From Vitrella brassicaformis CCMP3155 (taxonomy: Eukaryota > Protista > Chromerida), in assembly GCA_001179505.1 (NCBI GenBank), contig CDMY01000503.1, positions 1 to 63,463 of the forward strand: DNA of 63,463 nt, written 5' to 3'. Made by a program: the position numbers and the translations under genes. The notes under the pieces are model-generated. The model made no database searches. It worked only from the letters and a program-made list of their open reading frames with translations, and was not told the origin of the DNA. Below, piece by piece: positions 12,301 through 23,967 of the stretch; position 1 is the first letter of the stretch, and the number at the start of each line of letters is the position of its first letter.

Positions 12301-13892
12301 CCCGTATCTGTGTGTGCAGGATAATTACTGAGATGAAGCAGTCGAGAGAGTCGATGAGGGACGTGATGAGGCTCACACTCATGATGGTCGAGCCGGCAAC
12401 GGGGAAATTCGCCGTCATCGGCCTGCAAACAAGCGCAACATTGCCGGCAGTCCTTTGCTGTCCGCTCACCCACCTGAGTGTGCTGACGTCTTGCATGAAG
12501 TCGATAAATCCCCGCACCACGCACAGCACACGACTGAACTGTTCACCGCTGTGTGACGTCTCCTCCATCTCCCCAACAGACCAGTAGGCCAATGTCGCCA
12601 AGCCAATCGCCAGTGCGAGAAGAAGCCCGATGGCTGCGAGGCCCTGCAGCCCTTCACACGACTCACAGAGTGCGGCTGGCTTAGAGAGGGGCGGACGGTG
12701 CCCTGACGCACACTGCACTAAGGGAAGAAACACAAAAGGACTCACAGAGGCTGTATGCATGGATCGAATGTGTGATGAAAGGTGCCTCACCTGAGCACAG
12801 AGGACTCCCTGGCGCCCGTCAGCACAGCTGCTGTTGGCGAGGCACGCCGCCCTTATCGGACACGTCTCGCGGTAATCATACTGCGCCTTTGGGCCCAGCG
12901 TAGAACACAGCCTCTCCTGCAGCGATGGCTCTTGCCTCTCCGTGGCATTCGGCCCACTTGTCGCATTCTGTCCACTATCTGTGTCTCCGGTGGCGTTGAA
13001 CTCTGCACAGTATGCTCTGAGTGTCCAGAACCCAAGGTAGTCGTCTTCAGGTCCGGTTGCACGGCAGTATTCGCCAGCCGTACATCGCTCGCAGCCTCCC
13101 CCCGCCCCCCTCTTGTACCCACTCGCACAGTAGCAATCATCAGCAATTGTCGCTCCTCGCTTGCCCGTCACTGATCGATCAAGAAACAAGAGCAGCACCA
13201 ATTGTGCGTGTCTAGAGCACTCAGTCATGACGCACCTGTGTTTGGCCCGCATGTCTGGCATGCAGCAGTGGCCGTCTCCCCGCTCCAGGTGCCATCAGGG
13301 CATAAGAGACATTCGTCAATGTCGGCAGCCCCAGTCTGTGAGTACTTCCCCTCGCCGCACGGGTAGCACACGCCGTCTCTCCAGTACCTGCCTCCGGGAC
13401 AAGGCAGGCAGCCGACCTCTGTGGGTGCAAGGCCCTCACTGCAGTTGAAGGATGAACAGGCGTCCGCGTTTGTCTCGGCGAGAGACGCGTTGCCAGGAAG
13501 ACTGTCACAGCACACACACGTTTATGTCACAGTGGCACTGTGGCCCATTACGCACAAGCAGATATCAAGCGCCGGACGGGGAGGCGATGGCTGTGAGGAT
13601 TCATTCGCACTCTGGAGATACCTGACGACGGACAGACGGGGAGTGCCCGCATGGATGTCTGCGTGGCCTGTCTCGCTTTGTCTCACCTTGTCCCATGCGC
13701 CGCCTCCCCGTGCTCATCCCATTCGAACAGGCCTGAAGTGCCCCCAGATGGCGCCAATCGAAGGGCCTTGACACTCACTTCAGACGCAGGCAAGTTGGAC
13801 GCAGGAATGGCGTACTCGGGAAAGGGGGCCGGCCTATGGCCATGTGCACCACCGATAACAGCTGCAAGGGCTACTAAAGAAGCTTTGAGCAT
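9362..13892 (-). CDS. Signal peptide + Cys-rich (GCC2/GCC3/TNFR-like) ectodomain + about 9-10 TM helices + long cytosolic tail (CRMP-like receptor)
   Basis: N-terminus MLKASLVALAAVIGGAHG. Cys repeats at 13225-13500 and 12790-13170 (CLPCPGGRYW..CYPCGEGKYS..CLLCPDGTWS). TM exons between 12650 and 11000 with IDFMQ, LVPDFDRVxC and PF..LE-type motifs. C-terminal exons 10900-9362. The join into a single gene is inferred. Confidence 0.7.
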
Positions 13893-14345
13893 GGTTCCCC
13901 GGCAACGCGAAGCGCGGTGCGTGCAGCTCGCAAACCCGGATCTCTCCATGATGCTTTACTCCCTTCATGCGAACGTAGGCATCCGAAACTTCTTTCGATT
14001 CATGTTGATTTGTCTGCTGTTCTGTTTGCTTCTTCTCTCCCCTTCCCCACCCTCCCAAACACACGGCAACGCAGAACCAACGAGGGAGAGACATGACTAT
14101 AACGACACAGCCACATCAGCAGATTCAGCACAAAACACAGGCACCAGAAGCGACACAAGGCAGGAAAGGAAGCAGCCAGCCATTCGTCTCACTTCAGGCC
14201 CGGCGTGCATGCAAACTATCAGGCCAGGCACACGAGGAACATGCGAAAAGGGGCCGGTCAATCGAGACACACAGACGGATGAAAAGATGCGACAGTCATC
14301 CTTGTCCGCATGGATAGCTGCCTTTGCAATCGTTGGCGGCTTCAG

Positions 14346-15333
14346 TCATTTCCGTCGCTGCTCGAGCTCGTCTAATATGTCTTCAATGTTTTCGTCGGCT
14401 GCTGGTGCTGGTGCTATCGCGCTCTCTCCTGTCTTCTCCACATCGATGGCCGCTTGACGCTCGCCGTCGTGGGGTGCTGGGGCCTCGTTACCGTCGGCAG
14501 GAGGAGTCAAAATTGCTCCTTCCGTCGGCAAAATGTTGTCCAGCTTGTCCTCTTTCGACTCGACAGGGGGGCCCCACCAAGTTTTGCCAATCCCGCAGTC
14601 ATAGATGAGTAAGATCAGCGTACTGGCTCCAACCGCACACCCAAAAAGAATGCCTACGCCACCAACCCCGTCGTCTGTCAATGGAGTTGTCTCTGAGGAG
14701 AAATCGATCACACGTTTATCTTCTTTGCATGCCTGTGGCGAAGAAAATAAGGGAAGAAAAACAGAAGAAAGAGAAAACGTTTCGTTGCCTTTTTCGTACC
14801 TTTTCTTGAGGGTTGAAAGGCATGAATTGTCCCAGAATCTTGTCGATCTCGCTTTGAATGACGGCCTCGGCAATCATTTGATTCATCGCAGCGACCACGG
14901 GAGCTTGATCCTAGATGTATGCAGAATGCACAATACAGCATGCGTCAGCGAGATTTCTGAGCGAGTCCATGAAATTACCATGCCGCTTCTCCAGGGAATT
15001 GCGTACTGAATGATGCTGAGAGGATGGCCGATTGTTTTGAGGTCGCAGAGTTTTCGGTCCGATAGCTCCCCTCTGAAGTGTACGTCCGCCCCAACGGACG
15101 CATTGCAGCCCCCTTTTAGAATCTCTTTCAGGCTCTCCTCTGGGCTGATACATATTGAGTGAGAATCGATGAAGCATGATATGATTATAATCTGTCTCCC
15201 ACCTTCTCACTGGTTTTTTCCCGATGTCGTTGTAATGTCTTCCTAGCCATGCCTCCTCCCAACGCGTCCAGTAGCAGATGTGTGTATATTTTGAAAGACT
15301 TGGATTGGGCGGTCGTAGATCATCTATTGACTT

Positions 15334-15371
<38 letters not shown>

Positions 15372-16680
15372 TCACCACTCTCTCACCCACTTTTTCGATC
15401 AGCTACCGGTACCGTGATTCGCCCCTCCCCCTGAGTGGTAAGGAAGGCTGCTAGGTTTGCCGTCCACGCCGCGAGAATCATCAGGACAAAGAAGGAGAAG
15501 CCCACTTGTAAGAACCGACCTAATGACATATAAAAACAGAAGAAGTGACATAAGAGAGCAAAGTATGGCTTTGTGGAGACCAGCCCAAGTCTTCGGTGAA
15601 TGGCCTTGGACTTGAGTGAAACTGGTAATCGTGTGCCATGATGATACTCCGATTTGCTTCAAAGTCGAAAATCTGTCGCGATATATAAGCATGTCTTCTT
15701 CTTTCTGCTGTTCAAACCACCACATGGTGACAGCGAAGAGAACGAGGACGGTAACAATCAGACCCCATGCACCACCCGTGAAGGGACCGAAAGGAAGTGC
15801 CATAGCATTGACATCCTCAAACCCTGAGTGTTTCGCAACCAACACTCGACCGGCTGGAACCTGTTGAAACGCCTGTATGTATGTGAAGAAGACTACATTC
15901 GGCTCTTACGTGGGGAGTCAGAAAGTGCACTCGGTCCATGTATTGTGAGTCCAAAAATACAGACTCCAGCGCACAATCGTATTGCGGAGTGGTCGATGGG
16001 TTGAGATAATACAGGATTTGTGTCCAGTGGTCTGCGTCGCTGTCCGTCTGATTGGCGTCTGGATCCGCAACTCTTTCGTTGACGGCGTACAGCCTGAAGT
16101 TAGCACCGCTTTCGTCAGCAATCCATTTCATCAGCCTAACAAGGAGACATACAAAGACGAACAAGACAGCACACGTTCTCTTGTTTGTGCTTAAGAAATT
16201 GAAGAAATGGTGTCACCTGATGTTGACGCCCTTTAGATTGTCAGTGACGTCCATACGCTCGTCAATACCCATGGCCTCGAGTGAGCCGATAAGGCCGGAG
16301 ACGTCTGTGCGTTCTTCAGGGATGGTATAGAATTTGTTGACCGCGTGGCGCAGCCAATATGCCGACCTGGAGTCTCCGCGAAACCACGTGATAAAGCAGT
16401 TGATGTCTCGGCCTCGGAGGACAGCACGGGGATCCTCGACGAGGCCAGTAGTGGAGTTGAGGTGGTCAAGGTAGCTGTCAGCTGGGACCCCTGAGGGCCC
16501 TGCTTCTGTGGTGCGTTCGGGGCTCGTACTCAGCGTTGTGCTGAGATCAGGCGTGGACGACGTCGTGGACGTGCTGAGATCAGGCGTGGACGTGCTGAGA
16601 TCAGGGCTCTCAGTGCTGGTGGTCTGGGCGAAAGCAACCCTGAGGAGGGAGCTCAGCAGCAGGAAATGAAGCGGCGGCAT
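14346..16680 (-). CDS. Ionotropic glutamate receptor-like channel, copy A (signal peptide, S/T stalk, S1-M1-P-M3-S2-M4; no ATD)
   Basis: M3 gate motif ILAAWTANLAAFLT (~15445-15485), re-entrant loop SWHTITSFTQVQGHSPKTWAG, M1 with preceding PF motif, S2 ending YAIPW...EIDKILGQF, and M4 GVGILFGCAVGASTLILLIY. Confidence 0.85.
16525..16612 (-). repeat. Coding tandem repeat (PDLSTST-like, about 21 bp) in the S/T-rich stalk of iGluR-like copy A
   Basis: GACGTGCTGAGATCAGG/GTGCTGAGATCAGG recurs three times on the + strand; copy B has two related units. Confidence 0.7.
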
Positions 16681-16859
16681 CTCGGAGTCTGCTCAAATTG
16701 GGGCTGCAGGGGCGCGGACGCTGAGTGTGCCGGAGAAAGGAGAAGATGGGGGAAGTGGGGGCGATCGCAAATCTGCGAGCTCAAATGCGAAAGAGAGGCA
16801 TCGGCTCCAGTGACTCCAGTCGCCTGGTTAGGGACACAACAAGCCAAGGCATTGCTAGT

Positions 16860-17390
16860 ATGGATGATCCCAAGCCAGATCCGATGCGCTTCTGTCAGGC
16901 CATCGACAGCCGTGTGGACCAGATGCAGACCGCCGGCGCTTCATCCCCTGACCGCAATACCGCATCAGCGCTGCCAACTACCGACACCGCTCCCCTCTCC
17001 TCGCAGCACGAAGATCCAGCAGACGACGATACGAAGACGGGTGCAGCTGACGATGCGCCAGCGCACGGAGAAGTCAGCAGCAACGGGCCAACCGAGGCAG
17101 CAGCTGCCGCCATGAATGCGAGGAAGGCGTTCAGGCGCTTCACCAGTGGCGTGGAGCTCGAAGGCCATGCGGCCACCACGTCCTTGGACCACCTGGAGAT
17201 AAGCAACGGTGCGAGAGATGAGTCGCCCTTTCCCATCCCGCTGCCCAATGACGGCGCCAGCAGAGTGACTCTGGATGTCGTCGAGTCGTCAGACGAGGAG
17301 TTGGCTGTCAGCAACACTGAGGCAAGGCTGAAAGACGAGTCGGCCAACGCCGCACAAAGGCTTTCCGCCTCTGCAATGAGGTCAGAGTGA
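16860..17390 (+). pseudogene. Truncated duplicate of exon 1 of the K+ channel gene at 20302 (176-aa ORF, N-terminal cytosolic part only)
   Basis: 16860-17351 is nearly identical to 20302-20800 (MDDPKPDPMRFCQAIDS...KDESANA). It then diverges into AQRLSASAMRSE* and no TM exons follow. Confidence 0.85.
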
Positions 17391-17881
17391 TGTCAACACG
17401 AGGAGACGCAACCAATCTGTCTGGTTGTGAGCAGGCATCAGTTGATTTCGTACCCCTGCTGGGAGGGGGGTGGCTTTTTGTTGGAATGTTGCTGCAGTTC
17501 TATTCTGCGAGGCATTTCTTTGGTTTGTGTGGCATGTATGCCTCTGTCTTTCTTTGAGTGCGAGCCTTCACTCAATGTTTTCTGCATGCGCCCCTGAGTG
17601 CATCGAATGCGCGTGAACTTTACGGCATGATTTGAATGATTCATTGCTGATGGTCATTCCCACAGTAAAAGAGCCAAAACAACATGAGAGCGCCACATCA
17701 GCACAAAACACGGTCAAGAGACAGAAGGGGAGGGGGAGCGGGGGAGATATCAAAAATAGCACAAGAGGCCACTTACGCAACACTTGCGCACCACAGCAGC
17801 TTGCGCATAAGACAGCCGAAACACACCGGCTGGAGAGATGTACCAGTGCATGTGACATGGAAGAAGAGCAGTAGTTGTGAA

Positions 17882-20082
17882 TTAGACGCTTGATGGTTGC
17901 TCTTTCTCGATATGTATGGCACTCGCCCCCTCATCAGCGCGAGCAGTCTGTGTTTGGTCGACGCAAAGTGCCTCCCCATCCTGGACACGCAATGTCTCTT
18001 TGTCATCGCCTGGAGAAGCCAAAGCGCCGCTTCCTCGTTCTTCTCCTTCTTGTGGCTGTATGCTGTCCAGCTTGTTTTGCTTCGCGTCCTTGTCGAAAAT
18101 GTAGAAGACGAAAAAGCTGAGAATCCAAGCGATGCCAAAAGCAATAAGTTTTCCGCCGATCCCTTGGCCGTTCAACGCCTCAGCCTCTGAGTCGTCGCTT
18201 CCGCCTTGGTCACATACCTAAGGCCAAAGAAAAGAAGAATGGTATAGGTGCTTGGTCTTTTTGCTTTTTTCACACTGACATCGTGCTGAGGGTTGTAAGG
18301 CATGAATTCCGCCAAAATCTTGTCAATCTCGCCTCCTGCGTTTGCCTCAGCAATCATTTGATTCATCGCAGCGACCATTGGGGCTTGGTCCTAAACCCAA
18401 GTCAAATACAGTATGTTTCACCTGAGTGACTACATAAAGTTACCGCGCCGCTTCTCCAGGGGATTGCATACTGAATGACATTGAGTGTTTGCCCAATCAT
18501 ATTGAGCTTGCAAATCCTGGAATCTGACAGCTGGCTTCTAAAATGCACGTCTGTGGCGATGGCAACATTGCACTTTCCTTGCAGAATCCCCCAGAGACTC
18601 ATCCTGGGACTAATCCGTTAGATGTTGATCGATGTGACAGAAAGAAAGAGACATGAAGGATGAAACAATAGACTCGGTATCATCTTATATGTCCCTCGGT
18701 ACTTTGTGAACGTCCTTATACTGGCTTTCCAGCCATTCCCTCTCCCAGGGGCTGTAGCACATCCTCAAATCTGTCCCGAGGTTTCTCACGTCTTCTATGG
18801 ACTGAACAAAAGCAGAACAATACCGTGCAAACCCCCTGCTGTCTTAAACAGTTGGCCTTACTTTGATCTTTTGCTCTGTTTGGGTGTTTGTAAGAAACGC
18901 AGTCAAGTTTGCCGTCCAGGCTGCGACGATCAGCACCACAAACAAGGCGAAGCCCACCTGCAAGAACCGACCTAATCACATAGAAAACTAGGACTGCTCT
19001 GACTGTGAGATGATTGGTTTCTTCCTACCAGCCCATGTGTTCGGCGTATGACCATCAAGCTGGGTGAAAGTTGTTATGGTAAGCCATGATGATTTTGCCA
19101 GCCTTGCCAAAGGATCTTTATGTTCGATCATCTCTTCTTGGTTCCATTCGAAGAGACACATTGAGACCGCATAGTAGAGGATGCTGACAGCAATTATCGT
19201 CCATGCTTCCCAAGAGAAAGGGGCGAAGGGAAGCCCAAGGGCGTTGACAGCTTTCTTCACTGGTCCCAACACAACTAAGACACGGCCGGCAGGAACCTGC
19301 ATAGACAAGAAAGCAAAGGGAGGAAAATTATCGACGCGGTCCGAGTGAAGAAGTTCTATTCGGCTCGTACGTGGGGAGTCAGGAAGCGCACTCGGTCCAT
19401 GTATTGTGAGTCCAAAAATACAGACTCCAGTGCACAATCGTATTGTGGAGTGGTCGGTGGATTGAGATGGTAAAGAATCTGCCTCCAATAATCTGGATCA
19501 GTCTGCGAAGAGTTGTTTGGATCGCTCTCTGGATCCGCAGCTCTTTCGTTGACGGCGTACAGCTTGAGGTTGGCATTGGTTTTAAAGGCAATCCATTTCA
19601 TCAGCCTAACGAAGAGACGCCATATATATGTGTCATGCGGAGTATGGATATTACCTGAGGTTGACGCCCGTCAGAATGTGTGTAACATCGATGCGCTCAT
19701 CAACATCCATCTGGATAAACTCCCGAATCTGATCCTCGACATCAACGTGATCTTCCGCGACACCATGAAATTTGTTGACCGCATAGCGCAGCCAATATGC
19801 CGACCTGGAGTCTCCGCGAAACCACGTGATAAAACACTTGATGTCTCGGCCGCGGAGGACAGCACGGGGATCATCGACGAGGCCAGTAGTGGAGTTGAGG
19901 TCGCCCAGGTAGCTGTCAGCTGGGTCTTCAGAAGGCCATTCGGTTGATGTTGGCTCGGGGCTGGTACTCAGCGTGGTGCTGAAGTCAGGCGTGGACGTGC
20001 TGAGATCTGGGCTGTCAGTGCTGCTCGTCTGGGCGGAAGCGGCGCTGAGGAAGGTCAGCAGCAGGAAATGGAAAGGCAGCAT
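17882..20082 (-). CDS. Ionotropic glutamate receptor-like channel, copy B
   Basis: Same exon layout as copy A: WTANLTAFLT (~18890-18925), SWLTITTFTQLDGHTPNTWAG, QYAIPWRSG, EIDKILAEF, and M4 KLIAFGIAWILSFFVFYIF. One splice junction (~18610-18730) is ambiguous. Confidence 0.82.
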
Positions 20083-20301
20083 ATCCGGAGCGCTGCGGAC
20101 GTTGAGTGAGGGGGCTGCCGGGGGGCGGACGCAATAAACACACCGCGCTCGACAGAGGAGAGGGGCCGCAGACCTGTCGGGGAGCGGGGGATCACCGCGC
20201 GCTTGGGCGAGCAGTTTCACGGACTGCGCGCTTTCTCGTTTGAAAGCGAAAGAGCGGATGGCTCGCCTGGTTTAGACACAGCAAGCCAAGCCATCGCCAG
20301 T

Positions 20302-23300
20302 ATGGATGATCCCAAGCCAGATCCGATGCGCTTCTGTCAGGCCATCGACAGCCTTGTGGACCAGATGCAGACTGCAGCCGCCGGCGCTTCATCCCCTGAC
20401 CACAACACCGCATCAGCGCCGCCAACTACCGACACCGCTCCCCTCCCCTCGCAGCACGAAGATCCAGCAGACGACGATACGAAGACGGCTGCAGCTGACG
20501 ATGGGCCAACACACGGAGCAGTCAGCAGCAACGGGCCAACCGAGGCAGCAGCTGCCGCCATGAATGCGAGGAAGGCGTTCAGGCGCTTCACCAGTGGCGT
20601 GGAGCTCGAAGGCCATGCGGCCACCACGTCCTTGGACCACCTGGAGATAAGCAACGGTGCGAGAGATGAGTCGCCCTTTCCCATCCCGCTGCCCAATGAC
20701 GGCGCCAGCAGAGTGACTCTGGATGTCGTCGAGTCGTCAGACGAGGAGTCGGCTGTCAGCAACACTGAGGCAAGGCTGAAAGACGAGTCGGCCAACGCCG
20801 TCCACGGACACGTCAAGTGGGGGGCTTCGGGCACACAGGAGCCCACCGGTCGAGAAACGCCCAACTCTGACTCGTTCAGCCGTCTGAACGAGAAGTCTGG
20901 TGCCCGTTTCCTGCCGATGGGTGGGCAGATCGGTGCTGACGATGAAGAGCGGAAGGACCGTCTGCCGCGGGGTGTGATACTGCCCGACCACCGGCTGCTG
21001 TGGGACCTGCTCATGATACTGCTCATATACTGGCAGACACTGTACATTCCTTATGGTCAGTGGGAGGCGAAGGGACTGGGAGAGATGGAATGTTCATTGT
21101 CACTCTTGTGTGTGTGTGTGTGTGTGTGTTGTGTGTGCAGACATAGCCTTTAGTTCTCCGTCGGATGACGTACGCATTAATTCGTGGGACATCGTGGAGT
21201 ACTGCCTCGACTTCCTATGGCTCATCGACATATTCCTCAACTTCCTCACCGGTACCTCCGCATGGCACACCTCCATTCATCCATCCAATCTCTCATGTGT
21301 GAATGCCATTCAGCGTACTACAATGACGAGCAGGTTCTGATAGTCAACAGGCAGCGAATAGCAATACACTACCTGCACACATGGTTTCCCATCGGTACGG
21401 AGAGCCACACAGCCACACACGAGCTGACAGAATCCTCTTCGCACATGTTCTTATCGGTGCTCAGATTTCATCGCCATCGTACCGTGGTCGTTGATTATTC
21501 AAGACTCCGACTACTCGTCCTCGCCCAAGCTCATCCGCTTTGTGCGATTCGCTAAGTACCTCAAATTCCTCCGACTGCTGAGGATACTCAAACTACGGTA
21601 ACCAATCCAGAAATGCACGTGTCGGCGTGAATCCATTCATCCACCCGTCCTTCTCTCGCTTGGTCTGGGGATGTGTGTGCGTGGTCAGTCAATTGGTCAA
21701 CCGCGTCCGCGAGCTGGTGGACTTCCGGGTAAGTGCCCATCACTGGCTGACTGAATGTCCCAGCGTCTGTCTGTTGCCATCTCTGTCTGTCTGTCTGTCT
21801 GTAGTTCCTCCCTATCGTCGTTGAGGCGGTGAAGTTGAGCGCCGTGCTTATTGTCGTCAGCCACTGGAATGCATGGTCAGTGAGGGACGAAACACGCCAC
21901 AGCCCACAATCACCGTGTCGTGTCGTTACCCTTGTCAGTTTGTTTTGGTTGGTGGGGACCCTCACGAGCGAGACGGCCATCGGCCAGGACACACCGGTCG
22001 ACACGTGGATCGAATCAAACGAGCTGCAGGGGCTCACCAGCTTCGGAAAGTAAACACACAAACACACACAAACACACACATACCGAGAGGAGGCCCAAAT
22101 GCGCCCATCCGTTTACGCATGGCCGCCTCATCCAGGTACATAGCGACTCTGTATTGGTCGATTACAACGCTCTCGACGGTTGGCTATGGCGACCTGACGC
22201 CATACAACACCATCGAGCGCATATGGGTGGTCATCGTCATGATTGTGGGCGTGGCCGTCTTTGCCTACATGATATCCAACATTGCATCCATGGCCGTCCG
22301 CTTCTCCGAGTACAAGAATGAAATGGCCAAGAAATACGAAGACATCAATGGGTGAGCACAGACAGACACGGGAAGAAAGAAAAGAGGCGAGCCATACAGC
22401 GCCGATGTCTCCCTTCCTCCCTCTCTGTCTGCAGGTTTCTGCGGGACCGCAACATCTCCCCGGAGCTTCGCTCGCGCATCAAGCGCTTCATGGCGTATCG
22501 TCTGGACAACGACTATGTCACCAAGGTCGAGAACCAGATGAACGAGATGCTGAGCGACCCCCTCAAGGGCGAAGTGGCCTACGAGCTGTACAACGAGACA
22601 CTCAGGATATTCCCCCTATTCGAAGACTGCAAGAAAACGGTCTGTGAGAGGGAGGGGAGGGGAGGGAGACGCACTTACAGCAGAACGTGCCCATCTCCTG
22701 TCTGTGTGTCGTCTTTGTGTGCTGTGTGTGTAGGTGATGACGCATTTGTGCCGTAAGGTCAAGAAGCGGCTGCTGGCTCGCGGCGATGTGTTCCTGCACG
22801 AAGGCAAGTGGTGCACGTCGATGTTCTTCCTGGTCAAGGGACGCCTTCACGCCACACGAAAGAAGAAAAACGCAGACGACGGAAGTGAGCGGCAGTAATG
22901 CACCCAGCATATACAGCACCGCATTATGCCATTCGTGTGTGGCATGGGTGGATGGCTGTATTGTATCAGCTTCTGGGGGGCTTCACGAGGACCTGTTGGC
23001 GCCTTGCTACATCGCAGCCCGCAGCCTGTTCATGGACTACGTCATGCACTACTCGTTCCACTGCGCCACCTTCTGCGAGATCGTCGAGATCCAGAAGGAG
23101 GACTTCTACGACATACTGCGGATATTCCCCAAGCTCAGGAAACCATTCGCCGTCATCGCAGAGCAGGTGAGTTGGGGGAGGACACGACGACAAGACAAGA
23201 GAACAAGGAAGGCCAACACACGGACACACGGACATTGCCCTTTGTCAATCCCTAGGTGAAGAATGGGGATTACACGAGCCTTGACCGTCACTGCGACACG

Positions 23301-23967
23301 TGCGGACGCGCCCGTCACCGCACCCAGGACTGCCCCTTCGCCCTGGAGGACCAGCAGGACGACAGCTGCTGCTGCCCCGGCACGCGACGGCGGATCAGGG
23401 ATGCCGTAGTCAACTACTGCAAGAGAGCCCAGGCCAAGATCCGCCAGACCACTTATGAGAGGGACTCATCCATCATCGCCATCAGCGAAGACTACGACAG
23501 GTGAGGAGGAAGAGAGGGATGGGGGGGCCGATGGGGACATGGGACGGCCACCATACATAGATCGTCGCTGATTCTCACGTCTGTCTGTCTGTTATCCTTG
23601 GCTTATCATCAGGATATGGTCGTCGGGTCTGCCATCCGATCGCCAGCAGAGCACCGAAACAGACGCCAACGAGCCTATCACCACCAATGGCAAGGACAAC
23701 AGCACCAGCAAGGCTAACAAGCAGCAGCAGCAGGGGGACGGTTCGTGGGTGTTCCGGAGCCTCACGCGCATCGTCACGCCATCAGGCGGGACCACAGGAC
23801 GAGGCATGTCTGATGACGCCTTCGACTCCAGCTACAGCAGCCGGGCCAGCACAGGGGCCGCCGTCGTCAACAGGCAGCAGACACTGACACTCAAGGAGGG
23901 AGGCGGTGAGGGCAGGGAGGCGGGCAAGCCCGTCTACCCAGACATACCAAGCGAGTTCCTCAACTGA
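20302..23967 (+). CDS. Voltage-gated K+ channel of the CNBD/KCNH (EAG/HCN-like) superfamily, 6 TM + C-linker + CNB(H)D
   Basis: S1 LWDLLMILLIYWQTLYIPY; S2-S3 DFLWLIDIFLNFLT..TWFPIDF; S4 IRFVRFAKYLKFLRLLRILKL; pore YWSITTLSTVGYGD; C-linker FLRDRNISPELRSRIKRF; CNBD start GDVFLHEG..SMFFLVKG. About 13 exons. Confidence 0.93.

Noticed and set aside
18890-18925. TANLTAF as a Lurcher-type constitutively open mutation
   Set aside because: The Thr is at position 7 of SYTANLAAF, whereas Lurcher is position 8, and Thr at position 7 is common in plant GLRs.
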